Origin: the human T2T-CHM13v2.0 reference genome, Homo sapiens | Direction: 5' to 3' (one strand) | NCBI RefSeq assembly: GCF_009914755.1 | Contig: NC_060930.1 | Length of the DNA: 64,000 nt | Shown: piece by piece, positions 1 through 16,020 of the stretch | How positions within the stretch are numbered: the first letter of the stretch is position 1 | Layout: each line of letters opens with the position of its first letter | The notes under the pieces: model-generated | Databases searched by the model: none | The model's input: the letters and a program-made list of their open reading frames with translations, nothing else | Told to the model about the DNA's origin: nothing | Made by a program: the position numbers and the translations under genes

Positions 1-503
1 CTGTCTCTTTTTTTTATTATAAAACAATGTGATATCCTCCAGTCTATGACTACATTTTTTCCAACATGGCATTGGTTCTGAGTATTAAAAGGATTTGGGA
101 GAAAATAATTAGTTGATGAAAGATGTCTGAAGTGCCTTACAGGTCTATCACATTGAGTCAGCTCAGGGATGGGAAGGACCGAACAAGCAGGTGGCCTTGT
201 GTCTGAGGAGCTCACAATTTAGTTAGATAAGAGTTAACCATATCAAAAGCTGGATGAAAAATACAATCCAAAATTATCGTTCAACAATAGGATGCATTTT
301 TTCTTCTTTATATAATACAGGTTCTTTCCTCATTTTAGGAAAAGATATGCCCCCTCAAAGCTATTTCAATATGCTGCTTCCTTCAGCGGTAATAACTAAA
401 AATATCTATGAGTTATTAATACTGTAGGCAAAAGGAAAAAATTCAAACAACATTCAAAGAGTAAATCTTGAGGACACTACATGGCATACAAATTAAAATG
501 TTA

Positions 504-830
<327 letters not shown>

Positions 831-1250
831 TAAAAGAAAAAACATAAATTTAGAAATATTTTGGTTTCCTCTAAATGTTTAATATTAAAGAATGCATTTC
901 TGATACCATTAAATCTTTCCAAAGTTAGTCATTTGAGGACTAAATCTACTGAAAGTGATCGGAACTGACTTTATTTTAGGTGAAGAAAAGGAGAAGGACA
1001 AATTCAAGGTGAGTTTGTTCTCCTGGCATCATTCAGGGTGGTTTGTGGAGTGAACTGGGACTGGTTCTCCTAGCAGCTAGGCTACTAACTGGTGCTGAGA
1101 TCTCAGACATGTTCATTTGGATTTTAGCTTTCTTTTGCTTAAAATGAGGACACTGGTCTTCAAGGTTCCTACCAATTTTCAAAGCTCATTGTTCTAAGGA
1201 AATTCTCAAGCTCAAGTTAAAAATTCACTTCAATAAAAAGCATATAGTAT

Positions 1251-1706
1251 CATTGTTGGACATTTGGGTTGGTTCCAAGTCTTTGCTATTGTGAATAGTG
1301 CCGCAATAAACAACAATGATAGACTGGATTAAGAAAATGTGGCACATATACACCATGGAATACTATGCAGCCATAAAAAATGATGAGTTCATATCCTTTG
1401 TAGGGACATGGATGAAATTGGAAACCATCATTCTCAGTAAACTATCGCAAGAACAAAAAACCAAACACTGCATATTCTCACTCATAGGTGGGAATTGAAC
1501 AATGAGATCACATGGACACAGGAAGGGGAATATCACACTCTGGGGACTGTGGTGGGGTCGGGGGAGGGGGGAGGGATAGCATTGGGAGATATACCTAATG
1601 CTAGATGACACATTAGTGGGTGCAGCGCACCAGCATGGCACATGTATACATATGTAACTAACCTGCACAATGTGCACATGTACCCTAAAACTTAGAGTAT
1701 AATAAA

Positions 1707-1739
<33 letters not shown>

Positions 1740-1836
1740 CCAAACCACATGTCAGGCACTGTTTAAAATGCTTTATATGCATTAAATCATATAATCTCTC
1801 AAAAAATAAAAAATAAAAACTATTATTCAAAAAAAA
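1251..1836 (+). mobile_element. 5'-truncated L1HS (Ta) with 5' inversion and 3' transduction
   Basis: ORF2 C-terminus (...KLSQEQKTKHCIFSLIGGN) and 3'UTR, with Ta-diagnostic ACA at 1610-1612 and G at 1695. Inverted segment ~1248-1312. TSD AAAAAGCATATAGTAT at 1235-1250 and 1837-1852. Confidence 0.93.
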
Positions 1837-2159
1837 AAAAAGCATATAGTATACACAATAAGTATTTACTGAATGACTGAAAAAATAAATACCACTGTGA
1901 GAACACACTTTAAAAGTTAAGAGAAGTAGAACATAATTCTGATACTTTCTTAAGATGCACTTACTTTGCTCACGCACACTCGTGCACATAATATCTTTTG
2001 GATTTTCTACATGGGAATACCTTACTGGAAGGCTTTTAATGACATTAAACATTTTAAATCACTTAAAAAGGTGGATAAATTTTGACAGTGATAGCTTTTG
2101 TCAAAGCTTAAACAACACAAAATAATAAACGGTAAAACAACTGTCTTCCTCTAACCTGA

Positions 2160-2534
<375 letters not shown>

Positions 2535-2545
2535 TGCATCTTGCT

Positions 2546-2910
2546 TTTTTTTTTTTTTTTTTTTTACTTAAAATGTATCTTAGAGACTTTTCTATATCAA
2601 CACATGAAACATGAATCTAAGAGTCTTTTTAATGGCTATATAGTATTTTATTGTCTATATACTATACCTTATTTTATATAACCAGTTACCTACTGAGTGA
2701 TAGGTTATCTAAGTTATTTCCAGTATTTTAAGAATTCAGACCCTGAGCAGTAACAATGTGCTGTCATAAATCCCTATGTAGATGTGTGAGCATGTCCATG
2801 TAGAATAGCTGAATCAAAGGGAACATACATTTAAAATTTTGATAGATATTGTCATACTGTCCTCTGTGGAGGTCATACCAATTTATATACCCACCAACAG
2901 TGTATGATGG
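2546..2910 (-). mobile_element. Ancient L1ME-like fragment
   Basis: Degenerate L1 3' motifs (ttttaatggctatatagtat; ataccaatttatatacccaccaacagtgtatga). Confidence 0.6.
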
Positions 2911-3774
2911 TCATAGGCAGAAGAATCAGATGTGTACCTTGAGATATGCAGTATGATAAATCTACTTTTTAACTTTTAGCCTTCAAACTACATAGTCTTT
3001 GAGTTTTATACCCCATTTTGAGGAAAATTTCAAATTCTCTGAGGACATTTATGAACATAATATTTTCCTCTCCTATAAGAGATCCAGAAGCCAACAAGAG
3101 AAAATAAGAAATAAAGATGTTTATAAAATATTAAGAATATATTTGAAAGCTGGTAAGATAAATTTGTAAAATAAGAGTTAATTCACAAATCAATTTTTCT
3201 TAAATAATGTTTTCATCAGGCTTTCTGACTTATTAATACGTGGCTCTATTTCTTCACTAAATTTAAACTCCTCTGATTTGTACAGTCCTATTTTGGCTTT
3301 AATATCCTTATTTGGCCTTCCTCCCCACTGCTCTCCAAAATAGCCTCTGCATTCTAATTAGATCCCATCTCCTTAATGCACCTCCCATCAAACCATGCTT
3401 CTCCCAGATCTTTGCCTTTGTTATTGTCCTGTTGGGAAAGCTGTCATCATTTTTTATCCAAGCAGATCCATGTTTTGAGAAGGCATACTCATAATTGTAA
3501 TATGTCAGAATTACTGTTGGAACTGTGTGGGGGGAAGGGGAAAATGTCTAGTTCAAACGCAGATTCCAGAGCTCCACCTCTCGTATTTAGAGGTGCTAAT
3601 TCTAGGATGAGGCCCGGTAACTTGATTTTGGATAAATCTCACAGGTAGTTGAGACAAGTGACCCATGGATGGCATTTGGAGAAACGCTGTACTCTAAGGT
3701 CTTCCACAGAAGTGCCATCTCTTCCAGAGCTCACTGCTGATCTTGTGACATCAACCACAAACTTTAGCATTTCT

Positions 3775-4093
3775 TTTCTTCTATCTATGTATCTATCTAT
3801 TTATTTTAGAGCCAGGGTCTTGCTCTGTCACCTCGGCTGGAGTGCAGTGGTGTCATCACAGCTCATTGCAACCTCAAACTCCTGAACTCAAGCAATCCTC
3901 CTGCCTCAGCCTCCTAAAGGGACTACAGGTACATGCTACCACATTCAGCAAAATTTTTTTTTTTTTTTTTTTTTTTTAGAGATAGGGTCTCACTACATTG
4001 ACCAGGCTGGTCTCAAACTCCTAGCTTCAAGAGATGCTCCTGTCTCAGCCCCCTGAGTGCTGGGATTACAGGCCTGAGCCCCAACGCCTGGCC
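3775..4093 (-). mobile_element. AluJ
   Basis: Alu dimer with TSD TAGCATTTCTT. Confidence 0.9.
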
Positions 4094-4133
4094 TAGCATT
4101 TCTTATGTTCTGATATCTCTGCAGCAAAGGTAA

Positions 4134-4437
<304 letters not shown>

Positions 4438-4581
4438 AGGAAATTTTTTTAAAGAAAACCTTTCCACCTGCAGGTGACTGATTTTTATTGAGCCTCTTTT
4501 TAAAGCTTTTTAGTGGCTGTATGGTATTTCACTGTCTATGCACATTATTTTTTATAACCAGTTACCTATTGATAGGTTTAA

Positions 4582-5081
4582 TTTTTTTTTATGTTTTTTA
4601 TTGACGTAGAATAACTGTGCTATTTATAGGGTACATATGATATTTTGATATATGCATACAGTATGTAGTAATCAAATCAGGGTATCTAGGATACCTATCA
4701 CCTCAGACATTTATTACTTCTTTGTGTTGGGAACATTTCAAATCTTCTCTTATAGATATATCATATATGTAATAAATTATTGTTAACAGTCATCCTATTG
4801 TGCTATTGAATACTAGAATTTATTCCTTCTATCTAGCTGTATTTTGTAACCATTAACAAACCTCTTTAACCTCCCCCCCACCTTTCTGTTCCCAGCCCCT
4901 GGCAAGCACCACTCGACTCACTACCTCCATGAGATCACTTTTCTTTAGTTCCCATATATGAGTGAGAACATGCAATATTTGTCTTTCTGTGCCTGTCTTA
5001 CTTCTAAGACAGTGACCTGCAGTTTTATCCATGTTGTTGTAGATGACAGTGTTTCATTCTTTTTTATGGTTGAATAATATT

Positions 5082-5135
<54 letters not shown>

Positions 5136-6737
5136 ATTTTCCTTATCCATTCATCCACTGATGGACACTTAGGTTACTTCTATATCTTGGCTATCGTGAA
5201 TAGTCTGTTGGATATTCTGATTTCCTTTCTTTGGGCTATATATCCAGTAGTGGGATTGCTGGGTCATCCTGCAGTTCTATTTTTAGTTTTTTGAGGAGCT
5301 TCCATACTGTCTTCCATAGCGGCTACACTAATTTACATTCCTATAGCAGTGTACTGGTGTTCCCCTTTCTCTGCGTCTTCATCAGTACCTGCTATTTTTT
5401 GTCTTTTTGATAATAGCCATTCTAACTGGGGTGCTATGTCTCATTGTGATTTTGATTTGCATTTCCCTGATAATTAGTGATGTTGAGCTTTTTGCAGATG
5501 CCTGTTGGTTATTTCTATGTCTTCTTTTGAGAAATGCTATTCAGATCATTTGCCCATTTTTAATTTGGATTTTTTTTTTTTTTTTTTTTGCACTATTGAG
5601 TTCCTTACATATTCTGGTTGTTAATGCTTTGTCGAATAAATAGTTTGCATATATTTTCTCCCATTCTATTCACTGTCTCTTCTGTTGTTTCCTTTGCTGT
5701 GCAGAAGGTTTTTGGCTTCATGTAATCCTATTTGTCTATTTTTGCTTTCGTTGTCTTTGCTTTTGAGGTCTTACCCCAAAACTCTTTGTTCAGACCAATG
5801 TCCTGAAGCATTTCCCCAATGCTTTCTTCTAGTAGTTTCATAGTTTCAGGTTACATTGTAGTCTTTAATCCATTTTGAGTTGATTTTTGCATATGGTGAG
5901 AGATAGGGGTCTAGTATCATTTTTCTGCATATGGATTATCCAGTTTTCCCAGCACCATTTATTGAAGAGACTGTCCTTTCCCCACCGAATGTTCTTGGTA
6001 CCTTTGTTGAAAATCAGTTGGCTGTAAATACATGCATTTATTTCCGAGTTCTCTATTCTGTTCCATTGGTCTATGTGTCTGTTTTTATGGCAGTACTATG
6101 CTGTTTTGGTTACTATAGTTGTGTAACCAGAGCTTAATATTTTGAAGTCAGGTCGTACGATGCCTCCAGCTTTGTTCTTTTTGCTCAGGATTGCTTTGAC
6201 TATTTGGGGTCTTCTGTGGTTCCACATAAAGATTTTTTTTTTCTGTTTTTGTGAAGAATGTCATTGGTATTTTGGTAGGAATTGCATTGAATCTGTAGAT
6301 CACTTTAAGTATGGTCATTTTCACAATATTAATTGTTCCAATTCATGAACATGAGATGTCTTGCACTTTTTTGTGAGCTTTTCAATTTTTTTCATCAGTG
6401 TTTTCAGTTTTCCTTGTAGCAAACTTTTACCTCCTTCGTTACATTTATTCCTAAGTATTTTATTTTATTTTTATAGCTACCGTAAATGGGATTGCTTTCT
6501 TGATTTCTTTTTCCACTGGTTTGTCACTGAGTTACAGAAACACTGATTTTTTATGTTAATTTTGTACCTTGCAATTTTACTGAATTAATTTATCCATACT
6601 TAGAGATTTTTGGCGAAGCTTTTAGGGGTTTTTATATATAAGACCATGTTGTCTGCAAGCAGGGACAATTTTACTTCCTCCTTTCCAATTTAGATGGTCT
6701 TTATTTCTTTCTCTTGCCTAATTGCTCTGGCTAGAAT
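4582..6737 (-). mobile_element. L1MA-type LINE, 3' ~2.1 kb
   Basis: Antisense L1 3'UTR and ORF2 motifs (cagttttcccagcaccatttattgaagaga; tgcctccagctttgttcttt). Confidence 0.88.
5087..5132. repeat. (AT)23 microsatellite within L1
   Basis: Perfect dinucleotide run. Confidence 0.97.
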
Positions 6738-7630
6738 CTTTTTGTGTGTGCTCTCCATAGTGCCTTTCAGAACTTGAACATATCCAAGGGTCTTAATAAT
6801 TATTTTATAATTCATTGGGAACTACTTCCTGATTCATTCACCCATAACTGTTTGGTCCTGGGTAAATTGCTTAACCTCCCTATTCCTCAGTTTTGTCAGG
6901 TCAAGGTGTGGGTAAAAAGAGGATCTTTCTCATAAATTTACCATAAAGATTAACAAAATAATTACACATAATATGGTTAGAATACTTTTCTGCAATGTAG
7001 TAAACATTCAGTAAATATTAGCTATTGTTGTTTTTGTCGTCATAATCATTATAATTTCAGTTTAGAAAATTAAAGGTAGTTCTTAAGGTTGTGCTATAAA
7101 TCACAGTAGAGCTAGACATTATTGCAACAATAATTAGTTTTACCCCAAATAATCTTTTAAAGGAAGAATATTTCTTTGTCTATCCAACTGTTATTGAATT
7201 CCACTACTACTTTCTACCAGGAAGTGCAGATCCTAATGCAGTGCCTTCTTTAAACAGTCACACAGCAAATAGGCAAATTAAACAACACTTGCCAATTGCA
7301 GAGCATGCTAGTGAGTGCAAACTTATTGCTAAATATAGGTCATGCAATATTTTAAATGGAAGGATAACAAAGTATTTCAATATTTTAATAAAAATAAAAA
7401 GTTAATTTATTATAAGAGATTTAATACTTTAATACCCGGCCCTTCCACAAAAAGTTTTTTTTTAAAGGGAAAAAAACAAAGTTTAAAAAATAAGCTAGAA
7501 GGTGTAAAATCAAGCCTATTAGGTTTAAGAATTTCAGAATAGGTTAAAATATTCCCTATGGATAATGTTGAGGTTATGTATTTTCTCATTAAGAAATGAT
7601 AATTTTGAATACACGAAAAAATTCAGCAAC

Positions 7631-7970
7631 TGTTATTGACTGAATTGTTCCCCGCCCACCTTGCCCCCACCCCCACCAAGTTCATATGCTGAAGCCCTAA
7701 CCCCCAAGGTAAATACATTTGAAAATAGGACCTTTAGGAGGTAATTAAGACTAAATGAGGTCATAAAGATGGCACCCTAACCTAACAGATTCAGAGGAAA
7801 TACCATGTGAGGACAAAGTGGCCCACTGGAAGCCAGGAAGAGAGCCCTCAACAGAAGCTGAACTTGATCTTGGACTGCACGGCCTCCAGAGCTGTGAGAA
7901 AATAAATTTCTGTTGTTTAAGCTACCCAGTCTATGGTATTTTGTTATGGCATCCCTAGTAGATGAATACA
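7631..7970 (+). mobile_element. MLT1A/B-type MaLR solo LTR
   Basis: TG...CA ends; gaaaataaatttctgttgtttaagc and tatggtattttgttatggca motifs. Confidence 0.85.
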
Positions 7971-8609
7971 ACTCATTCAGTATTTAAATCATTAACAACC
8001 ACTTAATTTCATAAAGAGGCAGCTCTGTAAAAGAACAGTATGTCCAAAAAATGAACTGTGATTAATATTAACCTTTACTCTTCTGAAGTCACAATTTATC
8101 CCTGGCCTATGGGATCACATTATAAAATGAAGTGAAAATCCACTGTAGCCTGTGAAATACTGGACACTAACGAGTCAGTCCCATCCCTGACCTGCTGACA
8201 CCAAGATATTTTAATGACACTGTAACAATATATCAGTACCATACAAAGGAGAAATCCACTATCAATCTAGACTCCATGTAGAAATACACAGTGATGCTGT
8301 ACAAAAAGGAATTAAAAATGAAAAGCAGGGTACTGTGGTGGATAGAGGACAGTTTCTGGCTTCATATGAACTTGGGCCCACCCCCAGTCTTGCCACTTAC
8401 AAGCTATGTGCCACTGAACAAGTAATGACTTCTGTGGCCTTGTTCCCCCAAGTTACTATGGCACCAACTTCCTGACAGGGCTGCTTTGTGGCTCACAGTA
8501 ACATATGAAGCACTTAGCATAGTGCCATGTACATTGCAGGGATTCAATAAATGCAGATAATGACAGCCTTTACGATAATCAATAATTCCTGTCCTATTGC
8601 CACGTAGAG

Positions 8610-8964
8610 TGATATGGTTTGGCTCTGTGTTCCCACCCAAATCTCATCTTGAATTGTACTCCCATAATTCCCACATGTTGTGGGAGGGACCCCGTGGGAC
8701 ATAATTTGAATTGTGGGAGTAGTTTCCCCCATATTGTTTTTGTGGTAGTGAATAAGTCTCAAGAGATCTGAAGGTTTTATCAGGAGTTTCCACTTTTTCA
8801 TCTTCCTCATTTGCTCTTGCCACCACCATGTAGGAATTGCCCTTTGCCTCCTGCTACGATTCTGAGGTCTCCTCAGCCACGTGGAACTTTAAGTCCAATT
8901 AAACCTCTTTTTCTTCCCAGTCTCAGGTATGTCTTTACCAGCAGTGGGAAAATGGACTAATACA
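8610..8964 (+). mobile_element. THE1A-type MaLR solo LTR
   Basis: Starts tgatatggtttggctctgtg and ends ggactaataca. Confidence 0.92.
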
Positions 8965-9502
8965 CACAGCATGCAGCTAACAGGAAGAAACTCAGGTAGA
9001 ACAGTGAACTCAGTGCACTCATGGGTTGTGTGCAACACTCCACATGCCCCTGTCATCACATTCAGCAATCTAGAGTCCAGCCTGGTCCCTCTGAACAGGC
9101 TTACTTCTGTATCAGGGGAGCATATATTTTACTGCTGTATGAGAGAAAAGAAAAGGTGACATTCAGAGACTAGAGAAATATCATCACTTAACCTCTGAAA
9201 TATTCAGACTTGTTGTCTCAGTTTCATACTAAGATATAGAAGGATTTTGGGTAACACTGGCTACCAGAGTAGCCAGTAATATAATGAAGAGTCAGAAAGT
9301 GAAAAGTGATGAGAACATCTGAGTTTGGGTCTTGAGTCTGCTACTAATTCTGTGTGATCTTGGGAAAACTAGCCAAACTCTTCTACTTCTACATTAGAAA
9401 GAGTATACAAAATGATCTCCAAGATCTCTTCCAACTAACTCCCATGACTTGATTTTTTTGTTTTTACCTTTGAGGACATGTGTGGGATTACAATTAGATT
9501 CC

Positions 9503-9835
<333 letters not shown>

Positions 9836-10294
9836 TGAATGTTAAAATTTTAACCTTTATGCTTTATCTCAATAATTGTTGTGATTACTTATATTCAAAT
9901 ACATGTCATTTTCATATTATATGCTGACTGATATATGTGCTGAATAATAATTCTTTTTAAAAAGGAATCTAATGGCTTAACCTATGCTCATCAATTTTAG
10001 AAGGGAGTTGTAGAATAAAATAATAAGAACATCTAAAGATGGAAAAGTAAAAATATTTTGTAGGTCTTAGAGCATTTGTGTGGGAAATACTAATTAGTTT
10101 CATTTAATAGTCAAGAAACAGGAATGAAAATGTAATCATTAATAGAATGGAAAAGTTTAGCACACCTTTCAAATTATTAAAGATAACCATGGAATGAATG
10201 GTACTTACATCAAACCAACCCCTACCTCTACACCACCAGCCCTGCCCCTCCTACAAAAAAGTTTTTTTTTCTTTTTTAAAAAAAGGGGAAAATA

Positions 10295-10613
<319 letters not shown>

Positions 10614-10624
10614 TTAAAAAAAGC

Positions 10625-10830
10625 CAGATGGACTAAAATCAAGCCTATTAAGACTTTTAGAATGGGTTAAAAACAAAAACACCTAGCTATGTTGTTTAAA
10701 AGAAACAAAACTAAAACAAAGCGTCAAATAACACTAAAATAATGAGCAAATGGCTATCAGGCAAATGAAAACAAAAATGTAATAACTGTGGGACTATTGC
10801 TACCAGAAAAAATAGAACTGAAGATCAAAT
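10625..10830 (+). mobile_element. Ancient L1M ORF2 endonuclease-domain fragment
   Basis: Degenerate NGLN..PIK / W.K / CCL.ET.LK / YQAN / I.L..KIE.K pattern. Confidence 0.6.
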
Positions 10831-11227
10831 GAGGAAAAAGACCCAAAGAAGTGAAATGATGCTTCCAAGATCAGCACATGGTCTAAAAGAAAACAGCTGG
10901 GATTTTCATTCAGCTCTGACTCGAAAGCTTGTACTCAGTCACTCTACAATATTGCCTCTATATTCACTTCTGCATGCTTCTAATTTCCACCTGAATTTCT
11001 CAGTCAGATCCATCATATAATCTTATTCATTATCTGCACATTCTTCCCTGCTCCAAACTGGAACTTTCTTTGTCTTCCGTATTCTGATAGCAGATTCCTG
11101 AGACCAAATGGTCTATAAAGTTAGTCACTTCAAGTCTTCCACAATGTTTCCCTCATGCATGGTGCACCCTAACTCAACACATCCATATAATTGGTCCCAT
11201 CAATTGTTGTATCAGAATGATCTCTCA

Positions 11228-11990
<763 letters not shown>

Positions 11991-12785
11991 CAGAATGATC
12001 GCTTGAATCTGCTGTAGCCTCTCCAATCTTTTTACCACTACTTTAAACTCTCATTCCTTTCTCATGCCTCATTTCTAGTCTTTAACCACTTCAAATCCAT
12101 CCTACACATTAGTCGTCTCAGAGATATCTTCCTCAAGAAACAGACCTGAAGTCATTGTCGTGCTTGAAAACCTGTTAGTTCTCCTACTGTTCCCTGTCCA
12201 ACCCCTTGGACTGGCCATAGGATCATGCATCTTCACACACACCTCCTTCCCCCTGGCAAACTTCTGTCTTTCAAGTCCTAGCTCAGAAGCTCCTTCCTCT
12301 GAGGAGCCTTTCCTGATGACCACAGCACAGGAGCCCCATCTGCTAGCTGGATTCAGACTCCCTCATAGCACTTACACTCCAGACGGTAGCTACTCTGCTT
12401 TTATGTGTTTGTGAATTCTTCCCTATACACACAATGTCTAGTCTAGCAGATGGTTAAAATATGCTTGAATAAATGAACTAAAGAGTTAAAGGACAGAGTG
12501 ATCTCCAAGCATAGTGATTCACACTGGGCTTTGGTGACAACTCAAAGCCTTCTCAACTTGTCATTAAAAGCATTCAGTGGAGAGCTGCCTGATAAGAAGT
12601 GTGACCTTGGAGGATCCCCACAACACGGTGCTCCTGCACAGAGGGTCCTTCCCATTTCACCCTGTCACTGCACACAGTGGTGGGCTAATGGGGTTGAGGT
12701 GCTAGAATAGTAGTTACATAGGTGGAGATCAAGAGCTTTTCTTATATGTAGGCTGAATGATTTTTCAAATAAGAAAGGACTTACT

Positions 12786-13121
<336 letters not shown>

Positions 13122-15279
13122 TCAGGGCTAGGCCTAAAGGAATGTTAGCCTTCACTAAAATAATGGAGTTTTGCTAAACAGGGCAATGGTTGTCCTTGGA
13201 ATCTTTCTGTTACAGCCTTAACCCTAAGTACTTTCACTCCTCAAAGAATGTAGCCATTCTCTTCACCTGGGGCTGTCCTACTTAGCCCCACCCTAATGGA
13301 TGAGGAGGCACAGACATCCCCCACCTCTCTCTGCTACGCCTTAGGCTTCTCTAATTCCAGGAATCTAAGTCAGTATTTGTGGAATCATATGACCTGCCAT
13401 CCTCATCTTTATCACCGTCATCATCATGGTGAGATGTCGTCAGCTCTTGCTTCATGCTGACGCAAGTGATTTATAGGCATTGTCTTTGCAGCCACTCTAT
13501 GAGGCAGACACTGCCATTAAACTTATTTTATTATGAGAAGTCTGAGATACAGAGGAGTGAAGTAACCTGCCCGATGTCTCACAACAAATAAGTGATGAAG
13601 TTGGCATTCAAACTCTGGATTGTCTGACTCTAGAAGCAAACAATGAGCCATTATGCTAAAAGGCATGAATTGGAACACCTTCCAAAGACCACAGCTCCTT
13701 CTCTGTACTAGCAAGAAAGAGCTGGGCATCCAAATGTGAAGGTCCTGATCTTCCAATGCCACTCTTAGCCTCTACCGTCATCTGTTTACAAGACCCCTTA
13801 CTTTTCAGGTTTTAAGATTTTTTATCTTCACTCTTAAAGGCAAAGTAATTTGGGGAGAAAAAAATAATGGCTGCTTTGTCATAATGACTCATTTTATGTT
13901 CAGGCTTCAGCTTCTGCTTACCTAATCCATGCAGCAAGCAGCAATTATTCTTTCCAGTCCTGAGCCTGACTCATGATACAGCTGCTCTGTTATGTGCTAA
14001 CATCCATATTCCTCTCACTAAGATGCATTTAGGTCCCTCAGCTGTTAACCTGCCTGACAGCCTCATGAGCTTTTGTACACTATATTCACTAAGTGACAAT
14101 TTTAGGAGATGCAGATGCTGAGACTGGTAACAGATATGCCGAAGTTTATCCATTAGATATTTGGATTAGAAAGATTACTTCCCTAAAGCCTCCTCTGACC
14201 CCTTTTTTTTTCCTGGACAGTCTCTAAAGAGGAAAGTCTCTTGTTAAAACCAACAGCCATCTGAATCAAATAACGTGAAGTATGAAATCAGGGGGAGTTT
14301 CACTCCCAATTCTAACCAGGAGTACAGCATTATTATTTACTAATTATTACTAACTTGCTATCAGCATTTTTGGGATGAACATTCTAAACCAGGTTGAAAT
14401 GACCATTTATCTCTTGACCACACTCTTATTAGTACTGCCGTCACTCACTGAGTTGACAACACACTGAGATGAGAGAGAAAAAAAAAGAAGCACAGCAAGA
14501 AAGCTATGATTAGAAGGCAAAGGAAGCCCGATGAAATTATCTAGGAAAAAAAAAAAAAGCCCCTCACATATAATTTAACCAAAGTTTGTTCAAAGGTTAA
14601 AACTTTTTATATTGTCTTATTCTTTCTAAAATATTGCTTTATGATATATCTTAGCTTTGAACTTAGCTACAAAACTCAATATGAATGAAATTATAGATTT
14701 GTAAGTTGACATTTTTCTTCAAGAGCTATGTCAGTCCATCATACATTCTCTTTCATGATTTTATAGAATCCCCGAAAGTACCAATTAGGAATTTGACTCT
14801 TCATATAAAAATTTTGGTTTCAGAAAAAGACTAAATAATTACATGTTTACTGAGTGCCTAGTATGTTCCAAGGCACTTAAACAAAACTTAAACACAATCA
14901 ATACTCCAAACTTACTTGTTATTATCTTGAAAAAGGGAAGCTCTGTGTCTGCTCAAGCGTAGAGTACTGTTTGTGTGCTACACAGTCCTTAAATATTCTC
15001 TTGAACTTTCTTGTCGACATATTGTAGAACTATTAGTTTTATAATATATGAAGAGGAAAATTTAAGGCATATCCTAATAGATTATCCATAGATAATAGGA
15101 TAGATCCATAGGAAAATTTAAGGACTATCCTAATAGATTATTTCTGTATTCTTGTTCACCTGAGAAAATGATTACTAATAAGAATTTAATACCTGTTTGA
15201 CTGAACTATCATAAGGGCAGGTATTACATGATACTTTGGTAACGTTTTAACTAATATGCAATACCTCCTGCATTCATCT

Positions 15280-16020
15280 CCACTTAACATTAAACAAACA
15301 GTTGCTGGACATTGATTACGTGCCAAGCTGTTCTAGATACTAAGCTACAGAAATGAAAAAAAGACATAAATCCCTTCCCTTCCAGAGCTTATGTTCCGGG
15401 GCAGGGGGCCAACAGATAATCAACAAATAAGTAAAATATCTACATGCTTAGATGTTGACAGAGCTAGGGAGAAAAATAAAGAAGGTCTGGTTTGAGGGAG
15501 CTGAAAATTTGAGTAAGATGGTAGGAGAAGGCCTCGCTGAGAAGGTGGCATTTAAATGAAACCTGAAGGAGGAGAGGGAATGAACTATGTGGATTTCTCA
15601 GGAAAAACACTCTAGGTGGAGTGCATTTGGCTGTAGTGTTTAAGAAACAGCAAGGAACCAGCATGGCTGGAGGAGAGGGCAAAGGAGAGGACATTAGTAG
15701 GTAGCAGGGCTGAGCCATGGTAAGGGTTCTGACTTCTACTCTGCATGAAATGTAAAGACTTGAAAGGTCTGGAGCAGAGGCAGGCCTGGCAGGCCATATT
15801 GCAAGTGGGTCACTCTGGCTGCTGTGTTAACAGACTCTGTGGGAGGAGGAGGAAATGAGGACACCGGTTGGGAGCCTATTGCAGAATCCGGGTGAAAGAT
15901 CTAGCTGTCTTGGGCCAAGGTGGCAGCAGTGGTGGTTGTGAGAAGTAGTTACTTTCTGGGTATGTTTTGAGGGTACAGCAAAGAGTATTTGCTGATGGAT
16001 TGGTTATGGGATGTGTGGGA
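15280..16020 (-). mobile_element. L2 LINE fragment
   Basis: Typical antisense L2a motifs (gaaggcctcgctgagaaggtggcattta; tgagaagtagttactttctgggtatgttttgag). Confidence 0.8.

Noticed and set aside
1363-2052. Longest ORF in the track (229 aa, minus strand)
   Set aside because: It is an antisense read through the L1 3'UTR, the (AAC)n tail and AT-rich flank. It is low-complexity and has no gene features.
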